DNA of 64,000 bases from Blastocladiella emersonii ATCC 22665 (Eukaryota; Fungi; Blastocladiomycota), in assembly GCA_025594325.1 (NCBI GenBank), contig JANHCV010000003.1, positions 558,001 to 622,000 on the forward strand, given 5' to 3'. How positions within the stretch are numbered: the stretch's first letter is position 1; every line of letters starts with the position of its first letter. The notes beneath the pieces are model-generated. The model saw only the letters and a program-made list of their open reading frames with translations. It was not told the DNA's origin and ran no database searches. This document shows positions 10,477 to 22,614 of the stretch, piece after piece. A program made the position numbers and the translations under genes.

Positions 10477-12273
10477 ATGACGACCTGGGCGTCCATTGCT
10501 ACGCCGCCTGCTCCCGCGAGCACCGCCGAGCAGCCGCAGAGTAGCGTGTCCGTCTCGGAGCCCGCCGCCGCCGGCGCGATCCAGGCTGAGCCCGTTGCTG
10601 CCGCTGCCGCCCACACCCCGTCGCCCGCGCAGATCGCGGAGCCAATAGCTCCCCAGCCCGCCGCGCATGCTCCCGAGTCGTCCTCCGCACCCGCCACCCC
10701 CGCTATCGCCGCCGCCGCGCCGCTGCACTACGGCAACCGCACCATCTACCTGAGCGGTCTGACTGCCGACATCTCGCTGCCGCTGCTGCTCGACCACGTG
10801 CACTTTGGCCCGCTCGAGTCGGCGCGTGTGGTCCCCGAGAAGGGGTGCGGGTTCCTGACCTTCCTCGACCCGATCGAGGCCGCCGGCTTCTACGCCGCGC
10901 ACCAGCACTCGCGCCTGACCGTCGCCGGCACCGAGCTGGCCGTGCACTGGGGCCGGACGGGTGCCACGGGCGCGTCGCCGATCCCGCTCAACATCGCCGC
11001 CGCCGTCGCCGCGGGCGCCTCGCGCAACGTGTACGTCCCCGGCGTGCCCCTCGGCACCACCGAGGCCGAGCTGCGCGCTGATTTCGGCCCGTTCGGCGAG
11101 ATCGACTCGATCCGCATCGTGCGCCCGCGCGAGGGACACCAACTCGGCATCGCGTTCGTCCACTTCGCGCACATCGCCTCGGCCATGAAGTGCGTCGCGT
11201 TGATTGCCGCCAGCGGCCCCAAGTACGCTGGCCGCCGCCTCGCGTACGGCAAGGACCGGTGCGCGCCGTCCCCGCGCCAGCAGTACTGGTCGCAGCAGGG
11301 CGGCGGCGATGCTCAAGCTGCGCCTGCGGCGCCCGCGTGGGGCACGCCCTTCATCGACCCGACATTCGCGCACTCGGACAACCTCGCGCTGCTCCCGGCC
11401 GACGCGCACGAGCGGCTGAACCCGTTCGCGACGCGCACCGTGTACGTCGGCGGGCTGCCCGACGGCGCCATCGCCGAGGACCTGTGCAACGTGCTGCGCG
11501 CCGGCCTCATTGAGAAGGTGTCGGTGCTCCCGGGCAAGCACACGTGCGGGTTTGTGACGTTTGTCGACCCGCGCGCCGCCACGCTCGTCCTGCACCTCGC
11601 CGAGACCCACGGGATCGTCGTCCGCGGCCGCCGCGTCAAGTGCGGGCTCGGCAAACCCACGCCGCCGCTCGCGCCCAACGTCGCGCACGCCGTCGTCGCC
11701 GCTGGCGCTACCCGGTGCGTGTACATCGGCCCGCTCACCCAGCTGTTCGCCGAGGTCGCCGCCGCCGTGCCCGGTGCGACCGTCGCGCCGACCGAGACCG
11801 GAAGCGTCACCGTGACGACCGACACCCCGACAGCCGCGGCGGCGCTGCAGTCGGGCGTCGCGGCCGTGCTCCTCGCCGATTTCGCGCCGTACGGCGCCGT
11901 CGAGGTGATTCACGTCATGCCGCACAAGCAGTGCGCCTTCGTCAACTACGCCAACCTGCGCGGCGCGATCCGCGCCGTCGCCGAGGCGCCCGCGGTCCTC
12001 CACGCAAAGTACGGCTACGTCCGCATCGCGTACGGGCGCGACCGCGTCGCCGCGCCCATCCGGCTCCCGCGTGAGCCCGAGCTCCCGATCGGCGGGATGA
12101 TCCCGCGCCGGAACAACGGGTCGTTTGTGCCGACCATCGCGCCGGCGCAGGGGGCGGGGCTCCCGGCGAAGCCCGTGCATGTGGCGGCAGCGGCGGCGGT
12201 GAACGAGGTCAAGCAGGAGGCGGTGGTGGGTGAGGAGGGCGAGGTGGTTGCCGAGGTCGCGGCGATGCACTAG
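10477..12273 (+). CDS. Four-RRM RNA-binding protein of the budding-yeast Mrn1 / fission-yeast Nrd1 (Msa2) type, intronless
   Basis: Start ACCACCATG at 10477. Two tandem RRM pairs: RTIYLSGL...EKGCGFLTF...VHWG; GASRNVYV...FGEID...IAFVHF...RRLAYGKDRCA; RTVYVGG...; RCVYIG...CAFVNY...RIAYGRDR. Confidence 0.75.
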   Translation: MTTWASIATPPAPASTAEQPQSSVSVSEPAAAGAIQAEPVAAAAAHTPSPAQIAEPIAPQPAAHAPESSSAPATPAIAAAAPLHYGNRTIYLSGLTADISLPLLLDHVHFGPLESARVVPEKGCGFLTFLDPIEAAGFYAAHQHSRLTVAGTELAVHWGRTGATGASPIPLNIAAAVAAGASRNVYVPGVPLGTTEAELRADFGPFGEIDSIRIVRPREGHQLGIAFVHFAHIASAMKCVALIAASGPKYAGRRLAYGKDRCAPSPRQQYWSQQGGGDAQAAPAAPAWGTPFIDPTFAHSDNLALLPADAHERLNPFATRTVYVGGLPDGAIAEDLCNVLRAGLIEKVSVLPGKHTCGFVTFVDPRAATLVLHLAETHGIVVRGRRVKCGLGKPTPPLAPNVAHAVVAAGATRCVYIGPLTQLFAEVAAAVPGATVAPTETGSVTVTTDTPTAAAALQSGVAAVLLADFAPYGAVEVIHVMPHKQCAFVNYANLRGAIRAVAEAPAVLHAKYGYVRIAYGRDRVAAPIRLPREPELPIGGMIPRRNNGSFVPTIAPAQGAGLPAKPVHVAAAAAVNEVKQEAVVGEEGEVVAEVAAMH

Positions 12274-12535
12274 GTCGAGGACAGTGGGTATCAATGGTGT
12301 GATTGATTGCATAGACGGATTATTCCCTTCACTCGGAACCGTTTTCTCGAGTGCGACGAGCGGACGTGGTCGGTCGGTGACGCGATGGTCAAGCCGGTGC
12401 GCGCACACGAGGTCGGCGCTAAGCCACCTTCGCTGCGCCACTCGTCCCGCCTCCTCGCCAGCTTGATAGTCGAGAGGCCGTGGCGCACCCGCGCTCTCCC
12501 ATTCCAAACGACCATCAAACGCGAATGAACCCACC

Positions 12536-13842
12536 ATGTTCGGCCTGACGCGCGTGTTCCCGGCGCTGCGGCGGCAAAAGCTCCTGCGGCGGTTCCTGTA
12601 CCTGCTGGTGCTCCTCGCAGCGTGGGTCGGCATCATCGTGCCAACGTACATGGTGTACCGGCACGAGATCACCGACAGCAACGTGCTGCCGTCGTCGGCG
12701 CTGCCCACGTTCCCGCACTACCTCAACGTGTCGGCGCGGCTCGCCAACATCGACCCGCTGCGCGGCACGTGCCGGCTCACGCTCGACCTGATGCCCGTGC
12801 TCGACGGGCCCGGCACCGTCACGCCCGAGACGGAGCTGTTCAGCCGTATCAACGGCGAGCGGCGGCTCAAGGTGCCCGTCACGCTGTTCCTCCAGGACGT
12901 GCGCAAGAGTTTTGCTGTTGATGACCGGCTTGGGTCGAGTACGTTCCTGGGGTACTTGCGAGGATGCGGAAGCTAACTTCGTGAGCACTCGTAGTCGACG
13001 TGACGCTCCCGTTCGAGGACGGCGACACGCGCGACTACCCGTTCGACCAGTACACGAGCATCGTCGACATCGTCGCGCAGGTCACGGTCAACGCGACGCG
13101 CGCGGTGCCGCTGCGGTTCACGCTCAACGGCGCGGTGCCCGGGTTCTCGCTCGAGAAGATCGGCGTCTTCGTCGACGAGGGCCAGGGGTTCGGCACCGTG
13201 CTGCTCAGCCTGACCATCGGCCGGTCCGGCACGACCAAGGGCTTCTCCATCTTCATCAACTTCCTCAACTGGTGCCTCGCCCTCATCATGGGGTACCTCG
13301 CGCTCCAGGTCGCGCGAAAGAAGCGGACCGTCGAGCCACCGCTGCTCGCGCCGCCGTGCGCGCTCCTGTTCGCGCTACCGTCGCTGGTACGTGGTCGCGG
13401 CTGTGGTGAGGTGCGAGGCGCGACGCTGACGAGAGGTTTGGCCGTGTAGCGCAACGTCCAGCCGGGCGTCCCGGGAATCGGCGTCACGGTCGACGTGCTC
13501 GCCTTCTTCTGGTACGCCCTTCTCGCTCCCCTGTCGCCGGCCGACAACTCACCTTACCCGCGTTGCAGGAACATGGCCATCGTCGCCATCTCGGCCATTG
13601 TCATCATCCTCTACTACATCCTGCGGTGGAGCAAGCCGAGCGCCGCGTCCTCTGATACCGCCACTGCGGCCGCCAAGTACCCCGAGCCGCACCGGTCGAG
13701 TGCGGGCAGCGGCAGCGGCGCTGCCGCCGGCGAGCTGCCCATGTATGCCAGCCCGGCGCCGGGCGACGCGTTCCCGATGAACTCGCTTGGTCACCGCCCA
13801 GAGCACGCCAGCGCGGTTGCAGGCGGCAAGGTGCAGTTTTGA
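12536..13842 (+). CDS. DUF4436-family membrane protein, 4 exons
   Basis: Introns 12939-12994, 13387-13449 and 13512-13568. N-terminal TM, a beta-rich ectodomain with GDTRDYPFDQY, then three TMs with LFALPSLRNVQPGVPGIGVTVDVLAFFW, which matches my recollection of the DUF4436 pattern. Confidence 0.7.
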
Positions 13843-14065
13843 TTGATACATTTCTCGATTCCACGACAGCAGCCGAGGAGGAGAGCAAAAAGAGCGACGC
13901 GGGTCGCGTTTCGAGTCACGCGACGCGTTCCGATCCGCGCAGCGACCGCGTTTTCACCGCTCGCTGGCTCCAAAGATGAGTCTCAGCGAAATGACCGTCC
14001 GCCGACGGCTCTCGCTCCCCTTTCGCGCCCCCCTCTCGAGCACATGCACCGCCGCGGCGACGGCC

Positions 14066-17000
14066 ATGAATCGTCGCAGTAACCCGGCGCAACCGCCGCC
14101 ACCACCGCCCGCCGCCATCATGACGCCCAAGCGCACGTCGGCGCACTCGACCGAGCACATCCTCCGCGACATCCTCGCCAACGTGTCGCGGTTCGGCGAC
14201 CGCTTGCCCGGCGCGTCGCCACGCAGCAAGCACCCTCGGACTTACGAGTGCGTGCTGCTCGAGGTGGCCATGGACGCGGACGCGACGCGCGTGATGCTGA
14301 CGGTGATCGCTTGGTAGCGCCGAGATGCTCCAGGCCGAGGCCACGGCGCTCGGGTCTAGGGTACGCTCCTGCTGCCCGCCTCTTTCTTTACAGAGGGCGG
14401 CGGTCGCTCATCCCGATTCGCGTATAGCTCGCCCAGGACGCGTCCGAGACGCGCGCGCGCGAGTTCCTCGACTTTGTGCGCGAGCTGCGGTCCCGCACCA
14501 AGGCGCGCGTGCAGGAGCTCACGTTGCAGGACGGCCGCGCGCACAAGCTCATCTTCGCGGTCCTCGGCATGCTGCGCATGGTCATCGAGGCGTGGGTCCA
14601 GGACTCGTCGCCGTTTGTCTTCTCGCGCCAGCAGTGGGAGGGGCCGTGGGGGATTGCGCTCGACGGCACCATCGAGCTGATTCACGTACGGCTCATCCTC
14701 TTCCCCGAGTGTACCGCGTATCTCCGCCAAGCTGACTCGACGCGGAACACGCGCGTGTAGGAGCTCGTCAACATGCCCGGCGTCGACGACTTTGCCGCGT
14801 ACCAGCTCATTGGCGAGCTGTGCGTGCAGGTCACGGTGCAGCACGACCTGCCGACGCCCGCAAAGTACCAGGCCGCCGAGACGCTCAACGGGCTCACGAC
14901 CACGTCGCGCGACCACGGCGGCAAGATCAAGCGCGCGCTGCGCCGCACCGCCCTCCACAGCATCGCCAAGGCCCTCGAGGGCGCCGCCGACAGCCAGCTC
15001 CAGATCGAGCTCATGGAGACCATCTACCGCGTCCTGCCCGCCCGCAACCGCGACTCGTACCTCGTGGGCCTGTTCCACGACCCCGCGTGGATCGATTTCT
15101 TTCGCGTCGTTGAGGGCGAGCAGTTTTCCGAGGTGCGTACTCTCGCCCGGCACTTTTCGATGGACGTTGCTGACCATGGCCGTGCGGCACCTTGTAGCTG
15201 AGCCGCCGCCAGTGCCTTGATATCAACGCCGCGCACACGGCCACGTCGCGCGACGTGTCCGACTACCCGATGACCCTGCTGCTCGCCGCCGCCGCCATGT
15301 TCGTCGGCCGCGACACAATCGCGCTCAAGACCAACGAGCCCATCTACTTTGACGCCGGCATCGACCGCGTCACTGTCGTCGGCACCCGCACCCCGTCGCG
15401 CCCGCGCGGCAGCCAGTCGGTCCCCGACGACATTGAGTTCTGCATCGATATCAGCTACTTTTCCATCACGGGGCTCGGCATGGACCGCGCGTCGCTGTGT
15501 ACGTGTTTCTCTCTCGCTGGTCGTGGTTGTCGTTGCGAAGGGGACTGACACCTCGCGCACCCGCGCGCGCAGCCGTCGAGATCAAGCAGATGTGGAGCCA
15601 GTCGCCGTTCGACGCGGGCACCCCGGGCCAGCGCCGCACCATGGTCAAGTTCCTCGACGAGCTTAGCATGAACAAGGCCATCGTCTCGCTGCGCACCCAC
15701 TGCCCGAGCCTCGGATGGGCCGCCAAGGACCTGTCGGCGCCCGACCGGCCCGTGTCCGTGGCCAACGGCGGCGGCGAGGGCGCCGTCGCCGACGGCATCA
15801 AGTTCTCCAACACGGCCGCCTCGCTCAAGCTCCACCCGACCGCCATGAGCCCGTCGACCTACCACGACCGCGCCTCCGAGTACATCCAGCCGTACACGGC
15901 AGACGCGGACGAGGTCGGGCCCAGCATCGTCAGCGCGCCCGCAGCCATGGGCAACGGGAACGGGCACGTGCACGCTTCGTCGGCCGCCGCTGCGACGTCG
16001 AGCCACGACGAGGGGTCCGATCTCGACCTCTCGCCGCACGACCTGTCGTCCGCGCCCGTCACGCCCGCGCTCGAACCTGTCGCTGGCCCGCACCCGCCGA
16101 GTCCCGGCGGCGCGTCGCGACCCGCGACGGCTCCTCGGCCCGCGCCCGCGATCCACGACGACAACGATGACGGGCGAGACTTCCACTACGCGGATCTCGC
16201 GGCGCCCGCGGCCGACCAGGACGTTGGCGACACGGCCGGCCGCATCACCGAGATCACGGGCGACGCGTCGCCCATCGTACATGCGCCGCGCGCAAAACGG
16301 CGTCGTCGTGGCAGCGGGTCTGACGTCGAGTCCGTGCCGCCGCCGAGCCCGCCTGCACCAACACGTACGCGGGCCGCGCGGGCTGCTGCTGCGGCCGCCT
16401 CCGCCGCCGCTGCATCGAAACCGACTCGCTCCTCGCCCGCAACTCCCGCCGTGGCTGCCGCGGCTTCGTCACCCGCGCAGCAGCAACAGCGGCGCAGCAC
16501 CAAACGCCGCGCGGCATCCCCGCCGCCGCCGCCTGCTGCGCCGCCGAAACGCGCTCGCGCGACCCACACCCCACCCGCCGCACCTCCTTCCCCGCGCGCG
16601 AGCAAGCCGACGAGCGCGCGGCCCGAGGTCGACAAGGCCGGGCTCATCGATTTCGCGTCGCTCGTCAAGCACCGCACCGCGTCGCGCCCAACGACTACGG
16701 GGTCGGTCCCGCGCCTGCACCCGCGCAGGTCGCCGTCGCCGCCGCCGGCGCGCGAGGACGACGCGTTCGAGATGGCGGACGCGGAGCCGATCCCGCAGCC
16801 GCGGCCACAGTCGCCGCGCGTCGTCGCGCACCACGAGCAGCAGCACCGAATCGGTGAGTTCACGTCGGCGGCGCCCGGTGTCACGACCGTCCCGCCCCCG
16901 CCGGCTGCACCTCCAGTTCCTGCGCCGCCGACCTCGACGGCCGACGAGCTCAAGCTGATCAAGGACCAGCTCAACCAGCTGTTCGGCATGATGCAGCAGC

Positions 17001-17866
17001 AGCAACAGCAGCAGGCGCCGCCTCGGTCGTCGTTCCTCGCCGCGCCGCCGCCCATCGCCGCTGCACCTGTCGCCGTCGGCGGCCCGCCCGCGTTCGCGAC
17101 CCCGTGGACCACGCGCAGCGAGCCCGAGACGCCGTTCCGCTTCCACCGCGGTCCCGCAGCGGCGGTGGGGGCCGGGCTCGGTACCGCGGCGCAGCTGCCG
17201 ACACCCGCGACGTCGTCCGTGTTCGGCGGTAGCGTCTCGGGCGCCGGCGAGAAGCGCGGGTGGTCGACTGCGTTCGGCGCTGCTGCGGCCAAGGAGCCCG
17301 CGACCGCTCCGCGACGTCCAGGCGGCATGTCGTTCCTCGCGACGCCCGCGCCGAGCCGCCGCGAGTCGCTCGCCGGTCCCGCGTCGGCTAGCCGCACCGC
17401 GGCGTGGACGACCCCGTCGCGGTTCGGCGCCGCCGCGGCGACGACGGCCTCGCGCTACCCGGCGACCACCCTGCTTCCCCACCGCCCGCTGCACGAGCTG
17501 TTCGCGTGGACCGCGCACCCGTCGCGGCCCGGGTCCGGCGGCGGGCTCGGCGGCTTCATCTCGGAGCACGATCGGCACGCGTACCCGCCGCTCCCTGTCG
17601 ACCCGATCGAGTCCGCGTTCGCGGCGGTCGCCGTCGACGCCGTGGACCGCGTGCACGACGAGTGCGAGGCGAACCGCGAGGAGTTCGCCGGGCTCACGGC
17701 GACCGTCGCCGAGTCGGTCCAGGAGTGGGCGGGCCGGTGGAGCACCGAGGTCGCGCAGGAGATTGCGGGGCACGTCCGCGAGGCGGGCGCCGCGGGTAAG
17801 GGCGGTGCCGCGGTGGGAGACGCGGTCGACAAGTTGCGCGAGGCGCTGCGCGCGAGCAAGCTTTGA
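14066..17866 (+). CDS. Probable meiotic chromosome-axis core protein (SYCP2/Rec10/Red1-like), about 6 exons; start at 14066 or 14120
   Basis: Introns near 14248-14317, 14361-14427, 14687-14760, 15132-15198 and about 15499-15571. Helical N-domain containing ALEGAADSQLQIELMETIYRVLP, then a beta-rich PH-like segment, RPVSVA, a long S/P/A/R disordered region and a helical C-terminus. The family call is inferred from motif memory and architecture. Confidence 0.5.
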
Positions 17867-17899
17867 TGGGTGATTGATGCATAGTTTTTCTGGGTTCCA

Positions 17900-20400
17900 C
17901 GCTGTGATCTGAGAGCGAGGGAGGCTGAGAGGACGTGATGGACGAGGTGCTGCGCCACCCGAGTGCAGTGACGGACCGCTGCCTCGACAAGCTCTGTTTC
18001 GGCAGTTGAAACCCACAACCGCCGCCCGCTGTTCGTAATCACTTCGCGCTGAGCCCCCGCCCTCCCTCTTTCCTGCTCAATGCGTAAAGTGCGGCGACAC
18101 GGTTCACTGTTTCCCAGAGTCTGGAGGTTCCGCCTGGCTATGCCGCTCCTCTGTCGCCCGTGTCACAGATCCACTCTTCCGACTTCGTGCCGTATACTCG
18201 AGTCCGGCGCCCTGTCCGGCCCGAGGGGAACGCGAGTTGGACATACTCTCCTTCGGAAGGAACTCTGTTTCCGCGATGGATGTGTTGCTACTTTCTGTGC
18301 GTCGAGCTTACTTTCGTCATCCTCAACTGTTTCCTCGCTCCGGCCGCCTTGCGGCGTCGCCTTACGGCGCCACACGTGCCGTGCAATTCGTTTTCCGCGT
18401 TGACGACGAACCGACAATGGCAACCGCACCGTTACCGTCCTGTCAACGAACCATTACGGTCCTCGGCTTGCCCGCGCTCGCCACGGTTGTGGCCGACGAT
18501 CAGCTCTTCGATCAACCCCCGCGTGAACTTTCGACGAATTATGCGTCGTGCTTGTGGAAGCCTCGTCGACGAACTTGATCGGCTCTCTGCCAGGGTCGCC
18601 GTGAGATCCATGGGAGAGCTGGGGCTGTCGAGTGACCTTAACTCAGCATAATCTCGGATCTCACCCGAGCGCATGAGCGCGGCGAGCGCTCTGCGATCCT
18701 TGGTCCTGCCGTAACGTCATCCTCGCCCTTGCTCACGCGTGCCGGGTTTTGGCAACGAAACGGCACGCCTTCTTGAGCGTCAAACACGTTAGTCGGGCCT
18801 GCGGCTGGCACTTGCAAGGCCCTCGTTGACTTCTGCACGACAAGCGTGGTATAAAGGCTCCCGTGCACGCTTTTCACCAGGCGGGTGGTCTCCCGGCACA
18901 GCTCACATCTCGACAGGCCAAGGAGTAGTCGTGGCTGCGCCACTCGCGTGATGTGGCGCGTCGCGTCGTTTTGACCACTCTCCCCCAGCGGTTTACGCAC
19001 CGCTGCGGTCCTACGTCAGAAAACTCTTCAAACGGAGGTGAATCCCGTGAACGGAGGCAAAACTCGAAACAGAGGATGATGAGGTTGAAGCCAAGCGCGG
19101 GAGTGGATCCCGTGGCCGCAGACTCACCCGGCCCTGTTGAGAGTTTGGACCGACCAGCCAAGGCCAATCCATACGACGTTGGGCGTCAAAAGCTGAATCG
19201 TCATTGCTGCGCTCATCACGACGCGGGCTTGCTGAGGTCCCGCGTCTCTCGCAACGTCCCAACCTAGCCGTTAGGTTCAAGGCAGAGATACGCGACCAGG
19301 AGGCTTGTCTTACAAGAGATGTCACTAGATTCATTCGACAGTAGTACGTAGTCAAAACCGACGAGGCGCGCCGCCACCCGCGTGTTCTTGCGCAACCGCA
19401 ACGCGTTCATGGCGTGAGCTTGAAGTGACGTTGAAGCTTGGAGACTTACTAGATTGGAAACAAGCAAAAGGTGACGATTCAAGTAATGATATTACATGGT
19501 GTTTTTCTCGGGGTTCACGCGGTCCAACTCGTCTTGCGTCCATAAACTGATGGTCCACAGCGACTCGATCACGCCAAGCTCTGCACCACGGTCCGCGCCT
19601 CGCTGCACGACAAACTCGTACTTAAGGCCATAGCGGGAGAAGTAATAGAGATAGGAATTGCGCGTTTGAGGGATGCGCTCCATTTGGGCGGTGATCCGAG
19701 GACTGATGGGCGTTAAATCCCGTCGAGACTTGACAAAACACTTGAAGTTAGCGACGAGCATACCGTGTTGGGTGAAATCGACACTTCTAACAAGTCTTTA
19801 CTCACTGCCATCAAGAGGACAGATCATACGAGTCCTTGGCCATGGACATACCAGTAACAGCCGTGCGAGCCTGCTGATCCCGCTGAGGTAATCCCAAAAG
19901 CAAGATCCTCGCGGTAACAGTACGATCGTTTTTTCTTGCTGGCCACGGAAACATCATCAAATTGAGCGCCGGACTCGGCGGTGATGGACTGCCCTCCAAG
20001 CGCATGGGCACTTGGCTGCCTCTGGGGCGGTCCAAGTACTTGGTTTCTTCTGTTTAGGCTCCACCTGAGTCTCGAGCGGCTGGATAAAGAACGACTTGTA
20101 CTCCTCAAGGTTGGCGTCCAACCGAGCCGCCCGTTCGGCATCCGACAAGTTGGACTCGCGCGAGAATCGGGAGCAGCCTTCGCGAGCGGATCGCATGGCT
20201 AAACAGTGCAACTTTTGGGTGTGATCCGGCCCGGTGGTGAGAGATCACACCTCATCCTTTCGTTGCGCGACAGCTCACGTCCGCTGAGACGGACGGCATT
20301 CGAAGCTTGAACAGACAGCGTCAAGTCTAGAGCACGCAGGATTCTCAACATCAAAGCGACCAGTTCGCGGACCGAGCACGCAACGAATGTATCTATCAGT
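17900..20400. other. Lower-GC island containing only short, unidentifiable ORF fragments
   Basis: Visibly more A/T-rich than the flanks, roughly half GC in places by eye. No GC3-biased long ORF and no recognisable domain. Confidence 0.55.
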
Positions 20401-20443
20401 TCCTCGTCGAATGGAGCGAAGACGCTCACACGCGCGCCACTCG

Positions 20444-21903
20444 CTACTGCGGGCTCGCCCGGCGCCGAATCGACGCCTTGAGCCGCACATTCATGAGGTA
20501 CGCGACCGCGTTCGCGAGGCCGGAGCAGCTCGCGGCGATCACAAAGCAGAAGCAGGTGACGGGCTCAAGCGCGCCAACCGCGTGGAACACGACGACGAGG
20601 AACGACGCGACGGCGAGCGGCGTGTTGACGAGCGCCGTGGTCCAGCTGAGGTTGTGGAGACACTGCGTGGCGACGAGGGCGCGGCGCACCGAGGGTCCCC
20701 GGTCGACTGCAACAGCGGTGCGCCACGTGGCGACCACGGTCCCGCTCGAGGACGTCGCGGCCTTGGTGGTGGGAGGTCGCGTCTCGCCGCTGCCGGCGTG
20801 CACGAGCTCGGGCGAGCTCCACCCGCGGAACCAGGGCGGCATGCCGTTGGCCGCGGGGATGTCGAGAGACGACGGCGAGCTGCTCGAGATGGCCGAGGAG
20901 ACGACCTCGAGCGTGCGCTGCCGCGCGATCCCGGTCTTGTCGCCACTGCCGCTGCGGGTGTTGCTGCCGATGAGCTTGCCCTCGCTGCCGCCGGCGCCGG
21001 CCACTGTCGCGCTGCTGGTGACGGACGCGGCGGGCGGCTCGGGGAGCTTGCTCGAGCTCATGAGGCACTCGCGGATCTCGCGGGTCGAGGCCGAGATCTT
21101 GCTCGCCATGGCGCGGTTGCACATGGAGGTGAGGACGGCGTTGGCGGACGCGACGGACCAGACGAGGACCGAGGCAACGATCCCGGCGGGCGAGTGGATG
21201 TTGCTCATTGACCTGTTCGAGTCCTCGCGAAAGTCAGTGTGTGGTCGCTTGCGGCAGCGAATGAAGCAGTACCAGAAGCCAGTCGGTCCGAGGCCGCCAG
21301 CGACGTGAAGCAGGAGCCCGATGGCCGTGCCGAGGCAGAAACATACGAGGTTGAGAACGAGGTCCCACGAGCCGAGATTGATGCGAGTCTTTCGGCACAC
21401 GCGGAGAAAGGTCGCGAGCGAGAGCGCGGCGCGGAGAAGCTGGCTATACCTATGTCGCATCAGGTCAGCGCACGAGTACGATTTCCGAAATCTTGCAGGT
21501 GGAGAATGATGTACCCGAAGCAGATCCACGACGCGAGCTCGAGAATCGTGCCGATGTCGCGCTGCGGAAACTCGTTGGACACGAGGAGCACAAGGTGGTC
21601 GGCGGCGGACGCGCAGCACCAGGCCACGTCGGCGAGCGCGGCAGAAAGGGTCATGCGGTCGGAGAGACTGCGGGACGGCCGGCTAGGATGTCGAGCGGCT
21701 TTGATCCCGAGCCATGTAGGAGTTGGGACGCGGTACGAGACAAGGTCGAAGATAACCGCGACCGACCCGAAAAACGAGAGGCCGAGGCCCGCCAGCGCGA
21801 TCGAGTGGACGGCGAAGAAGAGCGACGGTCGACCGAGGTCCGCGGGAGCACCGGGCTCGATGCGGTCGGCGGCCACGAGCCAGGGATGTTTGCAGGTGTC
21901 CAT
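20444..21903 (-). CDS. GPCR of the cAMP-receptor-like/Git3 type, probably 4 exons
   Basis: TM1 VHSIALAGLGLSFFGSVAVI; SLSDRMTLSAALADVAW; TM3 ...LSLATFLRVCRKTRINLGSWD; GLGPTGFW; long Ser-rich third intracellular loop; TM7 SGLANAVAYLMN. The third intron is 60 nt, in frame and stop-free, so retention is possible. Confidence 0.75.
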
Positions 21904-22614
21904 GGTTGGCGAGCGGGTTCATGGGGACGAGTGCGAACGCGCCAAGTTTTGATCGTGCGACAGTGGTTCGCGACCGCATCGGAGTTCTTGGTCGGGAGAA
22001 GACGTGTACGAAGGCGGCCATCCCGACGGAGCCCGCGGTGCGAGACACGCTATTTCGGGTGCCCTGGCGCGTGGAGCACATACCGGCTGTGCGACACACC
22101 CTTCTCACGCCTGTGCTGCGGGCCTCACGTAAGCGGGACAGCGAGAGTAAGAGGCGCGTGATCAAAAATAGCAGGGCGGTCGATGTGGGAAGCAAGCGAG
22201 CGCAGCAACGGCCGCTCCCACCTTCCGTCGGCGCACAGGTCCTGTCCACTCGATCCAGCTTCATCGTTGCATGAAGTTTGGTCGAGCATCTATTCTTCCG
22301 AGATCTGCGGCACCACCGAAGAGGCCCGGGTCCACCGGCCGGAAACGGCAAGCGGGTGGGGCTGGGACGCGTTGCGCCACAGTGACGCGGTGCGCACACG
22401 TGAGGCGCGTGGCGCGTGGCCGAGTGCCTCGCACCTTGCAACCGTCGCGACGGTTTTTCAACGCGGCGCGCGATCGTTCCTCTCTCCTCTCCCTCCGCCC
22501 CGTAAGCTCTATCGGCCCGCTTCATGTAACCTGCGCATACTCGCGCGCGCTCTTCACGGATCCCGGATCAACCCTCCCACCCGCGACCTCGAACCCCGCC
22601 CCCCGCCACCGACC

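Noticed and set aside
13890-13960. Clustered CGCG (MCB/SCB-like) motifs upstream of the axis-like gene and other genes
   Set aside because: CGCG words are abundant throughout this GC-rich window, so enrichment cannot be claimed without a background model.
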